Shown: positions 39,152-48,320 of the stretch, one piece after another | Position numbering within the stretch: the stretch's first letter is position 1 | How the letters are laid out: each line of letters starts with the position of its first letter | Origin: an uncultured bacterium | GTDB lineage: Bacteria; JAJVIF01; JAPKYR01 | Reading direction: 5' to 3' | Assembly: GCA_965369865.1 (NCBI GenBank) | Contig: CBDURU010000001.1 | Location: forward strand, 48,406-112,405 | Length of the DNA stretch: 64,000 nucleotides | The notes under the pieces: generated by a model | Seen by the model: only the letters and a program-made list of their open reading frames with translations | Told to the model about the DNA's origin: nothing | Databases searched by the model: none | Translations under genes and position numbers: made by a program

Positions 39152-41659
39152 TCAAGGATTGTACCTCGCGACGAAAATATTAAAACCTGCGCCGGAAGTC
39201 AGTAATGTCTCGTATGGTTCGCCCTCTCCGAATAAGGCAAAGCCTGAGAACCTACCTGTAACTACTGTAGAGTCATCCGAAAGTGCTGTGATCCCATAAC
39301 CATAATCTCTTTTGCTCCCGCCGGCACGTTTCACCCATACGAGCATTCCATCCGGGTCATACCTCGCAACGAAAACATCATAGTCCCCGTCGGAAGTGAG
39401 CACGGTCTGGTTTGGATCACCCTTCCCGAATGTGGGTGAATCTTTGAACCCCCCTGACAAAACGGTCGAGTTGTCTGAAAGCGTTGTGATTCCATTACCC
39501 AAGCTCCAATCAGGATCGACAGCGCCTTTCGCCCAAGCAAGTGTTCCGTCCGGGTTGAATCGCGCGATAAAAATACCACCTGAACTTATGAAATTCAGCA
39601 CAGTCTCATTAGGTCCACCCTCTCCGAATGTGGCTGATCCTCCAGACCGACCTGTTACTACGGTGGAGTCGTTGGAAAGCGATGTTATTCCATAACCACG
39701 GTCAAAACCAATCCCTCCAGCACGTTTCGCCCACGCGAGTGTTCCGTCCTGGTTATACTGCGCGACGAAGATGTCATTTCCGTCAAAACCTCCATGGAAG
39801 GAAAAGAGCACAGTCTGATTCGTTTCGTCCTTCCCGAATGTGGCTGGTCCGATGTACGACCCTGTTACAACAGTCGAGTTGTCTGACAGGGCGGTAATTG
39901 CATAACCGATATCCCCTGGATATGTACTGCCGCCAGCGCTTTTTGCCCAGGCAAGCGTTCCGTCCGGATTGTACCTCGCAACGAAAATATTATCGTTATT
40001 TCCCCCTGAAGTGAGTTGTGTCTGATTTGGTTCACCCTCCCCGAATGTAGCTGATCCCCTGAAGTATCCTGTTATTACAGTCGAGTCATCTGAAAGCGCG
40101 GTAATTCCATAACCGATATCCCCTGGATATGTGCTGCCGCCAGCGCTTTTCGCCCATGCAAGCGTTCCATCCGGGTTATATCGCGCGACGAAAATATTAC
40201 AATTTTCTGAGGAAGTCAGTATGGTCTCATTCGCTTCACCCTTACCGAATGTGGTCCATCCTCTGAAACGCCCTGTTACCACGGTTGAGTCGTCCGAAAG
40301 CGATGTAATTCCATAACCCTCGTCCTCAACGCCCCCGCCAGCGCTTTTCGCCCATGCAAGTGTGCCGTCCGGGTTGTACCTTGCGACGAAAATATCCTGC
40401 AAGCTAACGGAAATCAGCACAGTCTGATTGGGTTCCCCTTTTCCAAAAATAGCTGTTGCGTAAAAAATGCCGGTTACTACAATCGAGTTGTCCGATAGTG
40501 TTGTGATTGCATAACCTTTTGCCATATCCCCGCCTGCGCTTTTCGCCCAGATCAGATTACCGTCTTCTTCCAAAGTAGTTCCATATTCGACCTGCCATGC
40601 ATCAATCTGCCCTGAAAATTCATCAACTTCGGTGTCAACTACCCGTATGAGTAATGGAGAATCATCAGCAGTGCCACCCAAATCATTTAAAATTGTTCCG
40701 GTATATTCTGTGCTGTTTTCCTCACCAGTAGATTGGGTTAATTCAACAACTCCGTTGAATAAACCAGGCGCTTCAACGGTGACTTTGTTGATAGTTGAAA
40801 TCCCCTGATGATCATACACTATAACCTTGATTGATTCAGACCCACCAGACTCAGGCCATGAGTCCATACTTGCATTAACAAAGTACGCCTCATTACAATT
40901 CGCTTCAGGAGGAAAGTCGTTCACCGGGTCGTCCCATGTGTCGATCTCCATCCAGCACGCATCGACCGCATAGCCGAATTTTAAATCCCCAGGCGGTACA
41001 TGAAGCCTTGCGCGACGGTGATCCTCCTCACCGGATTCTATCATACGCCGAGGATTTTCCCGGCCAAATGCGATGAATGGGTTTAAAGTTGCCGAGAAAT
41101 CATAGCCGATCGACATGATTCCAGGGAAGTATGTCAAAATTGGTGTATTTTCGTTGTACGGAAAATCGGTTGGGTTGAAAAGTGTCGTGAATCCAGCCGG
41201 ATTCATAATCCGGGGATTACTTCCATTGAAAGAGACCCTCTTACCGCTACCAGGGAAAGTATAGTCGGCATCGGTAATAAAAATAAACCGCATATCGAAT
41301 ACAGTGTATTGCGGGAGATCGGGTAGCGGGTGTTTCAATTTTATATCGCAGGAAAAATTATTGCTATCATAGATTATGAAATCGCTGAACCAGATGCAAT
41401 CAGGACACAGCTCTATGAAAGGCAGGATGTTCAGGTGCATCGCGAGATCGCGGTTCGGTATTACTTCGACTGTCTGCCGATCTTCGGATATGCTGACTTC
41501 GCCGACATTCAGGAGAATGCGGTTATCGCTGACAGTCGTCCGGTCATTGGGCTGGGGGGCGTTATCCGGGAGCAAGGCAGGATTCTCACCACCGGACGAG
41601 CAACCGATAACAATCAGCAATGTGATTGTGATTAGGAGTACCAGTGAATGCGCTTTCAT
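39152..41659 (-). CDS. Lipoprotein: conserved N-terminal domain (second subfamily) plus ~8 SBBP beta-propeller repeats
   Basis: The start is set at the ATG at 41659 (MKAHSLV...IVIGCSSG lipobox), with GGAGGG upstream. The N-domain is about 70 percent identical by eye to that of 56860..59304. The C-terminal half carries NIFVARYNPDGTLAWAKSAGG repeats. Confidence 0.85.
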   Translation of the reverse strand: MKAHSLVLLITITLLIVIGCSSGGENPALLPDNAPQPNDRTTVSDNRILLNVGEVSISEDRQTVEVIPNRDLAMHLNILPFIELCPDCIWFSDFIIYDSNNFSCDIKLKHPLPDLPQYTVFDMRFIFITDADYTFPGSGKRVSFNGSNPRIMNPAGFTTLFNPTDFPYNENTPILTYFPGIMSIGYDFSATLNPFIAFGRENPRRMIESGEEDHRRARLHVPPGDLKFGYAVDACWMEIDTWDDPVNDFPPEANCNEAYFVNASMDSWPESGGSESIKVIVYDHQGISTINKVTVEAPGLFNGVVELTQSTGEENSTEYTGTILNDLGGTADDSPLLIRVVDTEVDEFSGQIDAWQVEYGTTLEEDGNLIWAKSAGGDMAKGYAITTLSDNSIVVTGIFYATAIFGKGEPNQTVLISVSLQDIFVARYNPDGTLAWAKSAGGGVEDEGYGITSLSDDSTVVTGRFRGWTTFGKGEANETILTSSENCNIFVARYNPDGTLAWAKSAGGSTYPGDIGYGITALSDDSTVITGYFRGSATFGEGEPNQTQLTSGGNNDNIFVARYNPDGTLAWAKSAGGSTYPGDIGYAITALSDNSTVVTGSYIGPATFGKDETNQTVLFSFHGGFDGNDIFVAQYNQDGTLAWAKRAGGIGFDRGYGITSLSNDSTVVTGRSGGSATFGEGGPNETVLNFISSGGIFIARFNPDGTLAWAKGAVDPDWSLGNGITTLSDNSTVLSGGFKDSPTFGKGDPNQTVLTSDGDYDVFVARYDPDGMLVWVKRAGGSKRDYGYGITALSDDSTVVTGRFSGFALFGEGEPYETLLTSGAGFNIFVARYNP

Positions 41660-41842
41660 CCTGAAACCCTCCATTCTTAGGAAAAGGCATTTAAACTCGG
41701 GTACAATATTACACTAATGAATCAGAGTTTGAATAGAGATAAATTGTAGCCCAGGTTATTTTGGAAGTCAACCAAATTTAAGGGGGTCAGGATTTGAGTT
41801 TGAATCGTTGACAAGCACGTTCGACCCTAAGATTGGCTGGGA

Positions 41843-44137
41843 TTGGTAGAAAATTATGTCTCACTCGGCTTGTCAAGGCCATTCTTTAGGGTTTTAATTA
41901 ATTTACGTACATGTTATTATTTCATTCGTACAAGAACAGGGAATCCGGCTTCACATGGAGCCAACCCGCAGGGAGTCACAGAGATAGAAAAAGCAGGCGA
42001 AAATTCTACGATTAATCCGTTTTTTGTTGAAGAGCCGAGGATGGTATACGGTCCTGAGGCCGGCGACTGGCTGGAGCAATTCTGGCACCCTGAGCGACCC
42101 AATTATTATCTGCAGTTGTCGCAACCCCCGGATTATTACAGGGCACAGGAATGTTCAGTTTTTCTGCTGGTCCATGTAAAAGACATCTGGCCTCCAGGGG
42201 TGCTTATGGTCGGGGACAGGGGTATCCAACTGGATAGAATTATCGATGGTGAGTTGATCGTTGAGCCGTATCCCGGAGTGGCGGAAGGCGCTGGGATCTG
42301 GATTGATAATGAGCCCTGGGCCGAGGATGAATGGGACTCATGGGCGGACCCTAACATGGGATATCGCATCGCCGAGGACGCTAAACCCAGGGGGGATGAG
42401 TTTATAATAATATTTGAGATGGACGCGTTACTGGCTGATCCCGGCCTTGATGAGGTTAAGGTGCGTGTTACCGACTTCCACGAAAATTGGACAAGGACGG
42501 ATAATGTGCTGGACCAGCAGGGCGGTGAATATGTTGTACGCGACTTGATGTTCAGGGATAATAACAGGTATCCGGATGACAATGATCCCTGTTATTACCC
42601 TAACAATCAACCTCCGTACAGGAGAGTTGAATGCGACGGTTATGTAATGCCAAGGCCGGGCGGGACAACAGCCCTTGATGTGGTTGCGATCGTGTCATCT
42701 TATCATCCACCCGACAGTATCCCGGTCGATATTAGCGCACCTACTGACGAACCAGTGACTGGTGGTGGAGCGGAACAAGTAACTGCTCTATTGTACCGCC
42801 TGAATAAAAGCGCGTGTCCGAGTGAATGGCTGGAAATTTGGAGTGACAGCACGTGTGCCGGTGCTATTTACAGTTCATGTGTTGAAATATACTGCCGTTA
42901 TGCTACCGGGCGGGTATTCTATAATTGCCCTGAGGATCCACCGATGGTGGCTGCTACGGATAATGGGTACACCACAGTGTCATCACCTGCAAATCCTGTT
43001 GATTATTCGGAAACGCCGTTCTTGTATGTCAGCAGCAGCGATCACCTGATCGACGACCCAGGCGGGGATTATAAGGACTGGGCAAGTGCTATGGCGAGTG
43101 GTGTACAGATTAGTGGAAGTCCAATTCAGGATGCGAATATTTGGCACCATGCAGGTATGATTTTATCTGCTAGTTACGGAAATGGATTCCGGGGTTTATA
43201 TGAAACTGAACTCGAGCAAAGTCCTGAATGGACTTTTGGGGGTGGGTGCAGTATAGAGAACCAGTATTACGCAAACTATAAAGACAACGTATTAACTTAT
43301 GGGTTTGAATTGGTTAAAGCTGAATGTGATGGATATGAAGCGCACTATGCAATTCAAAGCCAGGCAGATGTAATGTTTGTTCTTGCGCACGGTGAAGTGT
43401 TCGGTAGGCCTGCAGGAAGGAACATGTATGGTGAATGGGAGGAATCAAATACCCATGCAATTCCTCCAGGTACAGATATACTTGGGAATCCATGGGTCGA
43501 TCAACCGTATTTATTCTATTTCCCGGAAAGCCCGTTACCACCTTATGACGAAACTGGTAATAAGAATGATATTATTGTCTGGGATGATTGGCCTGGTTAT
43601 CTTGGGCCAAATCCAGATTCGGATTGGCTTGTCTTGATGGCGTGCCTTCAGCTTGGTGATCCCAGTACTCTTGCCCAATGTAATGCCTGGCTTTCATATC
43701 GCCACCTTATCCAAAATTCGAGTATCAGATCCGTATTGGGCCATAGGGATTTACATAATGGTGGTGCATATTCTGTAGGGATTGGTAATAATCCATTGCA
43801 TCCAAATCTTTTTACTGGGACTTGGGAGGATGCTTTTATTGTTATGTTCTGCGGTTATCTGGAGTCAGGAGACTATCAACCTCACCCAACGGAACGGTGG
43901 TTGAATTACGATCCATCAGTTGAATATGGGGCAATGTGTTACATGGAAGCTGCATGGTTGTATTATTATTACTATGAAACAATGTGCGGCCCGTGGGAGG
44001 AAGATCATGTTTTCCAGGATACTACTACAATTATTACTGCAAGTGCAGTTGATTTGAATTATCGATACATTTTAGAAAAAGTACGTACTGCCGGTATACC
44101 AGAAGATGATTGGCCGGTAAGAATACATGTACTTTGA
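41843..44137 (+). CDS. A1: uncharacterised protein, the full-length member of the 'A' family (shared N-module, unique middle, C-terminal His/Cys caspase-fold-like module)
   Basis: It is a 764-aa ORF. The real start may be the ATG at 42041 (MVYGPEAGDW). The N-module at 42127-42513 is shared with A2/A3. The putative dyad is VLAHGE (His codon 43388-43390) and LVLMACLQLG (Cys codon 43643-43645). No signal peptide is evident. Confidence 0.7.
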   Translation: MVENYVSLGLSRPFFRVLINLRTCYYFIRTRTGNPASHGANPQGVTEIEKAGENSTINPFFVEEPRMVYGPEAGDWLEQFWHPERPNYYLQLSQPPDYYRAQECSVFLLVHVKDIWPPGVLMVGDRGIQLDRIIDGELIVEPYPGVAEGAGIWIDNEPWAEDEWDSWADPNMGYRIAEDAKPRGDEFIIIFEMDALLADPGLDEVKVRVTDFHENWTRTDNVLDQQGGEYVVRDLMFRDNNRYPDDNDPCYYPNNQPPYRRVECDGYVMPRPGGTTALDVVAIVSSYHPPDSIPVDISAPTDEPVTGGGAEQVTALLYRLNKSACPSEWLEIWSDSTCAGAIYSSCVEIYCRYATGRVFYNCPEDPPMVAATDNGYTTVSSPANPVDYSETPFLYVSSSDHLIDDPGGDYKDWASAMASGVQISGSPIQDANIWHHAGMILSASYGNGFRGLYETELEQSPEWTFGGGCSIENQYYANYKDNVLTYGFELVKAECDGYEAHYAIQSQADVMFVLAHGEVFGRPAGRNMYGEWEESNTHAIPPGTDILGNPWVDQPYLFYFPESPLPPYDETGNKNDIIVWDDWPGYLGPNPDSDWLVLMACLQLGDPSTLAQCNAWLSYRHLIQNSSIRSVLGHRDLHNGGAYSVGIGNNPLHPNLFTGTWEDAFIVMFCGYLESGDYQPHPTERWLNYDPSVEYGAMCYMEAAWLYYYYYETMCGPWEEDHVFQDTTTIITASAVDLNYRYILEKVRTAGIPEDDWPVRIHVL
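42127..42513 (+). repeat. Shared N-module of the A family, copy in A1
   Basis: 42181-42496 matches 45448-45763 with no mismatch that I can find by eye (316 nt). Flanking identity is slightly lower. Confidence 0.9.
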
Positions 44138-44158
44138 GGACCTGAGAGGAGTATAATC

Positions 44159-45316
44159 ATGAATATTATTAAAATATACAAACTATTAGTAATTAATGTT
44201 TATACATTATTATTCCTTACTTTAACTTCAACAGCTCATTCCACAACAATACTAAGTGAAATAAGTACGGAGAATATGCAACCGTATAGAATTATCCCGG
44301 GAACTATTTCCAATGAATTCTGGATAGTAGGCCAGGCAAAAGGATTAGGATTGCTTGTGGAAGATCAACAGGGAGCCTGGTCATTTACACAGTATCCCAT
44401 AGGCTCAGTATGGGATGCAGTGGGACCTGATAATAATGGCAGGATTTGGTGTTCAAGTTTTGTAACGGGAATTGGAACAGCCATACAAGTTTTTAATTGC
44501 AATACAAAGGATGTAATCCAAAATGTTAATATTGGCCCTGATTATGTAACGACAGGAATTACACTTTCTATTAATGAGGACTATGTGTATCTACTGGGTT
44601 GGGATTGGCCAAGATTTGGTGAACCGGGAAGTTGGGTATCCAGTTTCGGTCACCCAAATGCAGGCATTGTATGGGAAATTAATATATCTTCATTTGAAGT
44701 TTCCCCAGATATTGGTGTTGTTGGAGTATTTCCGTATACAATATATTACGCTGGAAGCCAAGAAACAGATAAACTCCTAGTTTACACTCTCGCACGGGAT
44801 GATGTAGGTCGAGAAGGTGGGGAATGTATTGACATCCTGGCAGTGGATAGAAGTTTCCCACGCTTAGGAGGGCTCCCGGCATGCTTTACAAATGAATATC
44901 TATACTGCAATGACCTAGTAAAATGGTCAGATGAAGATCCGCTTATAGCACTGTGTAATCGTTCGGTAGATAATATGGGGGATAGTGAAGATTTCTCCGA
45001 TGGATTATGGATCATCGATACAGAATTAGAAGAAGTTGTTCAGACATACCGTATATATGACATCGCGGACAGGATCAGGGGAGTTCAGCATCTTTGTGTG
45101 AGTGAAGTCCGTCCGGGGATCGCATATATGAGTCTTGGTTTTGGTGGTCTTGACGCAGAGACCGCGGTTTTTGATATGGCTACCGGACAGGTTATCGAGC
45201 ACATTCAAACCGGTCTTGTTTTCACTCCGGAATTTATTTATGAATTACCAGATGGCAGACTTATTGTCACTGGCGGCAGGACAAAAAATATAGTCATCAT
45301 CGACCCGTTACATTGA
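44159..45316 (+). CDS. B1: exported YVTN-like beta-propeller protein (divergent member of the 'B' family)
   Basis: It starts 21 nt after the A1 stop, with GAGAGGAG upstream. It has the N-terminal signal/anchor LLVINVYTLLFLTLTSTAHS and blade-like repeats ending ...LPDGRLIVTGGRTKNIVIIDP. Confidence 0.7.
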   Translation: MNIIKIYKLLVINVYTLLFLTLTSTAHSTTILSEISTENMQPYRIIPGTISNEFWIVGQAKGLGLLVEDQQGAWSFTQYPIGSVWDAVGPDNNGRIWCSSFVTGIGTAIQVFNCNTKDVIQNVNIGPDYVTTGITLSINEDYVYLLGWDWPRFGEPGSWVSSFGHPNAGIVWEINISSFEVSPDIGVVGVFPYTIYYAGSQETDKLLVYTLARDDVGREGGECIDILAVDRSFPRLGGLPACFTNEYLYCNDLVKWSDEDPLIALCNRSVDNMGDSEDFSDGLWIIDTELEEVVQTYRIYDIADRIRGVQHLCVSEVRPGIAYMSLGFGGLDAETAVFDMATGQVIEHIQTGLVFTPEFIYELPDGRLIVTGGRTKNIVIIDPLH

Positions 45317-45382
45317 TTCGTTGCAGTCCCTGAATGGCTCGAGCAGTTCTGGCATCCTGAGTTACCCAATTATTATCTGCAG

Positions 45383-47131
45383 TTGACGCAGCACCCGGAT
45401 TATTACAGGGCACAGGATTGTTCAGTTTTTCTGCTGGTCCATGCAAAAGACATCTGGCCTCCAGGGGTGCTTATGGTCGGGGACAGGGGTATCCAACTGG
45501 ATAGAATTATCGATGGTGAGTTGATCGTTGAGCCGTATCCCGGAGTGGCGGAAGGCGCTGGGATCTGGATTGATAATGAGCCCTGGGCCGAGGATGAATG
45601 GGACTCATGGGCGGACCCTAACATGGGATATCGCATCGCCGAGGACGCTAAACCCAGGGGGGATGAGTTTATAATAATATTTGAGATGGACGCGTTACTG
45701 GCTGATCCCGGCCTTGATGAGGTTAAGGTGCGTGTTACCGACTTCCACGAAAATTGGACAAGGTCGGATAATGTGCTTGAGGACATTGATGGCCTTTATA
45801 CTGTAACTAAAGTGGGGATAATCGAACAAAATTACCAGGGAACGACTGTTCTGGCGGACTTCTGCGGCGTGCCGGTATGTAATAGAGTAGCCGGTGAATA
45901 CACTCTTGATTATGTAGCTCAGGTAGTAACTTCGGATTACATTGAACCGCCTGACTTCTTATGGAGCGTTATAAATTCTCCACTGCATGAGGGCAGTGTC
46001 GGCTTAGTTGAAATAAATGTTCCCATTTATCGTCTGGATCCTGAATTGGACAGGTATGAAATATACAATGAACTGTTTCCCCCTCATGGCTATCAATGCA
46101 ATGTTCATTATTATTCTCGCGGGCTGGAATTATTAATCCCTCCCGGCGAAGTCGCCCCGGTTGTCATTGATGACTGGCGAGAATCGGTTCAGCCAATGCA
46201 CGAGGAAGACTATGGTACATGTCCGCATCTGTATTTGAGCGATAGGGACCATTTACTTGGTATCGAAGGTGATCCTAATAATGATCAATGGAAAGACTAT
46301 TCAATAGCAATGGCAATTGACTCAGATATCCGTGATTTCTATGACAAAGCTCTTAATTCAATGTATTTTGGTAGCTCTGAAAGAGGGATATTTTATGGCT
46401 GCAATGTTTTGATAGGTGATAAGGACAGCTATGCTGAAGATGTACTCGACAGCGGTGTTGAAAGGCTTAAAATCGATGTTGAAGAAAAGGAGGCGGATAT
46501 TGGTATTCAAAGTCGAGGTGACGCATATTTTGTAATTGGGCATAGTTATGAAACAGGTAATCCTCCCGGGCAAGTACAAGGGATTTGGGAGTTTATACCT
46601 TCGGCAAACCATAACGCCCCTGGCGATTGGAAGTATGTTGTTTCTAGAGATGATTTTGCAACCAGTGGAGATCTCGATCGGGAAGTAAACTGGTTGATTT
46701 CTCAAGCTTGTCATTTACTTGGTCCATCTTCGTATCAATATTGGCAGGCTCTAATACCGAATCAGTTGGATGCAATTTGTGGTTTTCGTTGCGCCAATAT
46801 CAGGGAACTTCTGCCGGAATTTAGCAAGCTTGAAGAAGAAGGACCAAGCGCTTTCTTCGGAGGTTTTTCAACCAGGTTAACCAGTAATGAGGGGGCTCAT
46901 GAAAGTTATTGGAAGTACGATAATCAAATCCCTAATGATCGCGCCATTATTGCGTGGATGGAGAACGCATGCGAATGGGCACGCATATTGAAATCAGAAG
47001 TTCGTAACCGTGAATACATGATGGAGAATGCTGCCGCAATTGATGAACTATACATTTATGAAATCGAATGGACTTCAAGCCCTTATGATTGGCCGCTCTT
47101 TGGTGAAAGCTTATACATTGTCAGATACTAG
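45383..47131 (+). CDS. A2: 'A'-family paralog lacking its own canonical 5' end
   Basis: Homology to A1 begins at ~45329, upstream of any in-frame start. The first candidates are TTG at 45383 and ATG at 45473. The putative dyad is FVIGHS (His 46541-46543) and LISQACHLLG (Cys 46709-46711). Confidence 0.65.
   Translation: MTQHPDYYRAQDCSVFLLVHAKDIWPPGVLMVGDRGIQLDRIIDGELIVEPYPGVAEGAGIWIDNEPWAEDEWDSWADPNMGYRIAEDAKPRGDEFIIIFEMDALLADPGLDEVKVRVTDFHENWTRSDNVLEDIDGLYTVTKVGIIEQNYQGTTVLADFCGVPVCNRVAGEYTLDYVAQVVTSDYIEPPDFLWSVINSPLHEGSVGLVEINVPIYRLDPELDRYEIYNELFPPHGYQCNVHYYSRGLELLIPPGEVAPVVIDDWRESVQPMHEEDYGTCPHLYLSDRDHLLGIEGDPNNDQWKDYSIAMAIDSDIRDFYDKALNSMYFGSSERGIFYGCNVLIGDKDSYAEDVLDSGVERLKIDVEEKEADIGIQSRGDAYFVIGHSYETGNPPGQVQGIWEFIPSANHNAPGDWKYVVSRDDFATSGDLDREVNWLISQACHLLGPSSYQYWQALIPNQLDAICGFRCANIRELLPEFSKLEEEGPSAFFGGFSTRLTSNEGAHESYWKYDNQIPNDRAIIAWMENACEWARILKSEVRNREYMMENAAAIDELYIYEIEWTSSPYDWPLFGESLYIVRY
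45394..45780 (+). repeat. Shared N-module of the A family, copy in A2
   Basis: See the A1 copy. The offset is a constant 3267 nt with no indels. Confidence 0.9.
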
Positions 47132-47147
47132 TCCTTTGAGGTGAACT

Positions 47148-48320
47148 ATGAATCAAAGATTAAAAAAAGCAGTCAAACTGGGCCTTGTGCTTATGGCTGG
47201 CATACTGGGTATTTGCGCTCTTGTTTGGGCTGCAAGTCAGTCGTTCTCGTATGGACAACCGGGCGCAGTGCAAGCTTTGTTGAATGATGACGGTAGTCGA
47301 CTGTATGTTTCGTACTACAGAGACAACAAAGTTGTAGAGATAGATACGGAAACGATGCAACAGGTTCGTCAATTTCAAATCGAATGGCCGGCCTATATGG
47401 AGTTATCTGAGGATGAGTTATATTTGTATGCAATAAGCAGGGCTGTCACAGCCAGTATTAAAAGGATGCGCTTGTCTGACGGCAACATTGATCAGATAAT
47501 TCTGGAAGGTGATGTTATTTCGCTATCGTATGATCCTGACGGTAATCGTTTGTGGGTTGTTCACCGAACATGGCCAATGGATGGAGATGTAATGAATGGT
47601 CCAGCCCCCCCGCCATCGTATGCTGGAATACTGACGGAAATTGACACAACAGATTTTGCAATTTCACAAAATCTTGCTATTGAATCATATCCCATTTCGG
47701 TGTGGTATTCACAGTATTCCGATAAAGTTTATGTAATGCATGGCTTGGTCAGGACTGAACCAGCCGGTTTTGAGACGGAAGGGGGAGGTTTTGTCACAAC
47801 GGGAGTCGCGTTATTGTGCAACCCAATTACCATTTATGGCTTGGATCAGGATAGATTGTACTGTATTGGTGAGGTGATGGGCGGGTTCTACAATGATGAT
47901 GTAATGCCTGCACAATTGGATAAATGGGACGACGATGGGAGATATATGGCAGTTCCATCTTCATCATATGGAATCCCATCGTTTTCCATGCGAGTTATTG
48001 ACACATACGATGACTCAGTTGCATTTGATTTGATATTCCCGACTTATTTTGATTCTCCATTGCCGGTTAATTTCGTAAAGAAAGTTACCGGAAATACTGA
48101 TTTCTGGGTTATGGTAAGTGGAGATATACCGTATGAAAATTTACCGGAAGGAAGTTGGGTGGTTGTACGGGTTAATACCGATACGCTCGAGCATGAAATT
48201 TATACTATAGATCAAGTAAATGCGAGATTATTCGGTAATTTTGCTGTGTCGCCTGACGGCAATACTTTATATTTAACTGTTCCACACACCGGCGAAATCA
48301 TCGTCTGGTCGCCGGATTGA
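47148..48320 (+). CDS. B2: exported YVTN-like beta-propeller protein
   Basis: It starts 16 nt after the A2 stop, with GAGGTG upstream. It has the signal/anchor LGLVLMAGILGICALVWAA and YVTN-like blades (DGSRLYVSYYRDNKVVEIDTETMQ..., SPDGNTLYLTVPHTGEIIVWSPD). Confidence 0.75.
   Translation: MNQRLKKAVKLGLVLMAGILGICALVWAASQSFSYGQPGAVQALLNDDGSRLYVSYYRDNKVVEIDTETMQQVRQFQIEWPAYMELSEDELYLYAISRAVTASIKRMRLSDGNIDQIILEGDVISLSYDPDGNRLWVVHRTWPMDGDVMNGPAPPPSYAGILTEIDTTDFAISQNLAIESYPISVWYSQYSDKVYVMHGLVRTEPAGFETEGGGFVTTGVALLCNPITIYGLDQDRLYCIGEVMGGFYNDDVMPAQLDKWDDDGRYMAVPSSSYGIPSFSMRVIDTYDDSVAFDLIFPTYFDSPLPVNFVKKVTGNTDFWVMVSGDIPYENLPEGSWVVVRVNTDTLEHEIYTIDQVNARLFGNFAVSPDGNTLYLTVPHTGEIIVWSPD

Noticed and set aside
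45314-45385. The B1 stop codon TGA is in frame with the start-less 5' homology region of A2. This suggested a stop-codon readthrough, selenocysteine or B1-A2 fusion protein
   Set aside because: A same-frame arrangement has a 1-in-3 chance expectation. I see no SECIS-like hairpin directly after the TGA. The B2/A3 junction is not in frame. The simpler explanation is a recombination scar that removed the A2 start.
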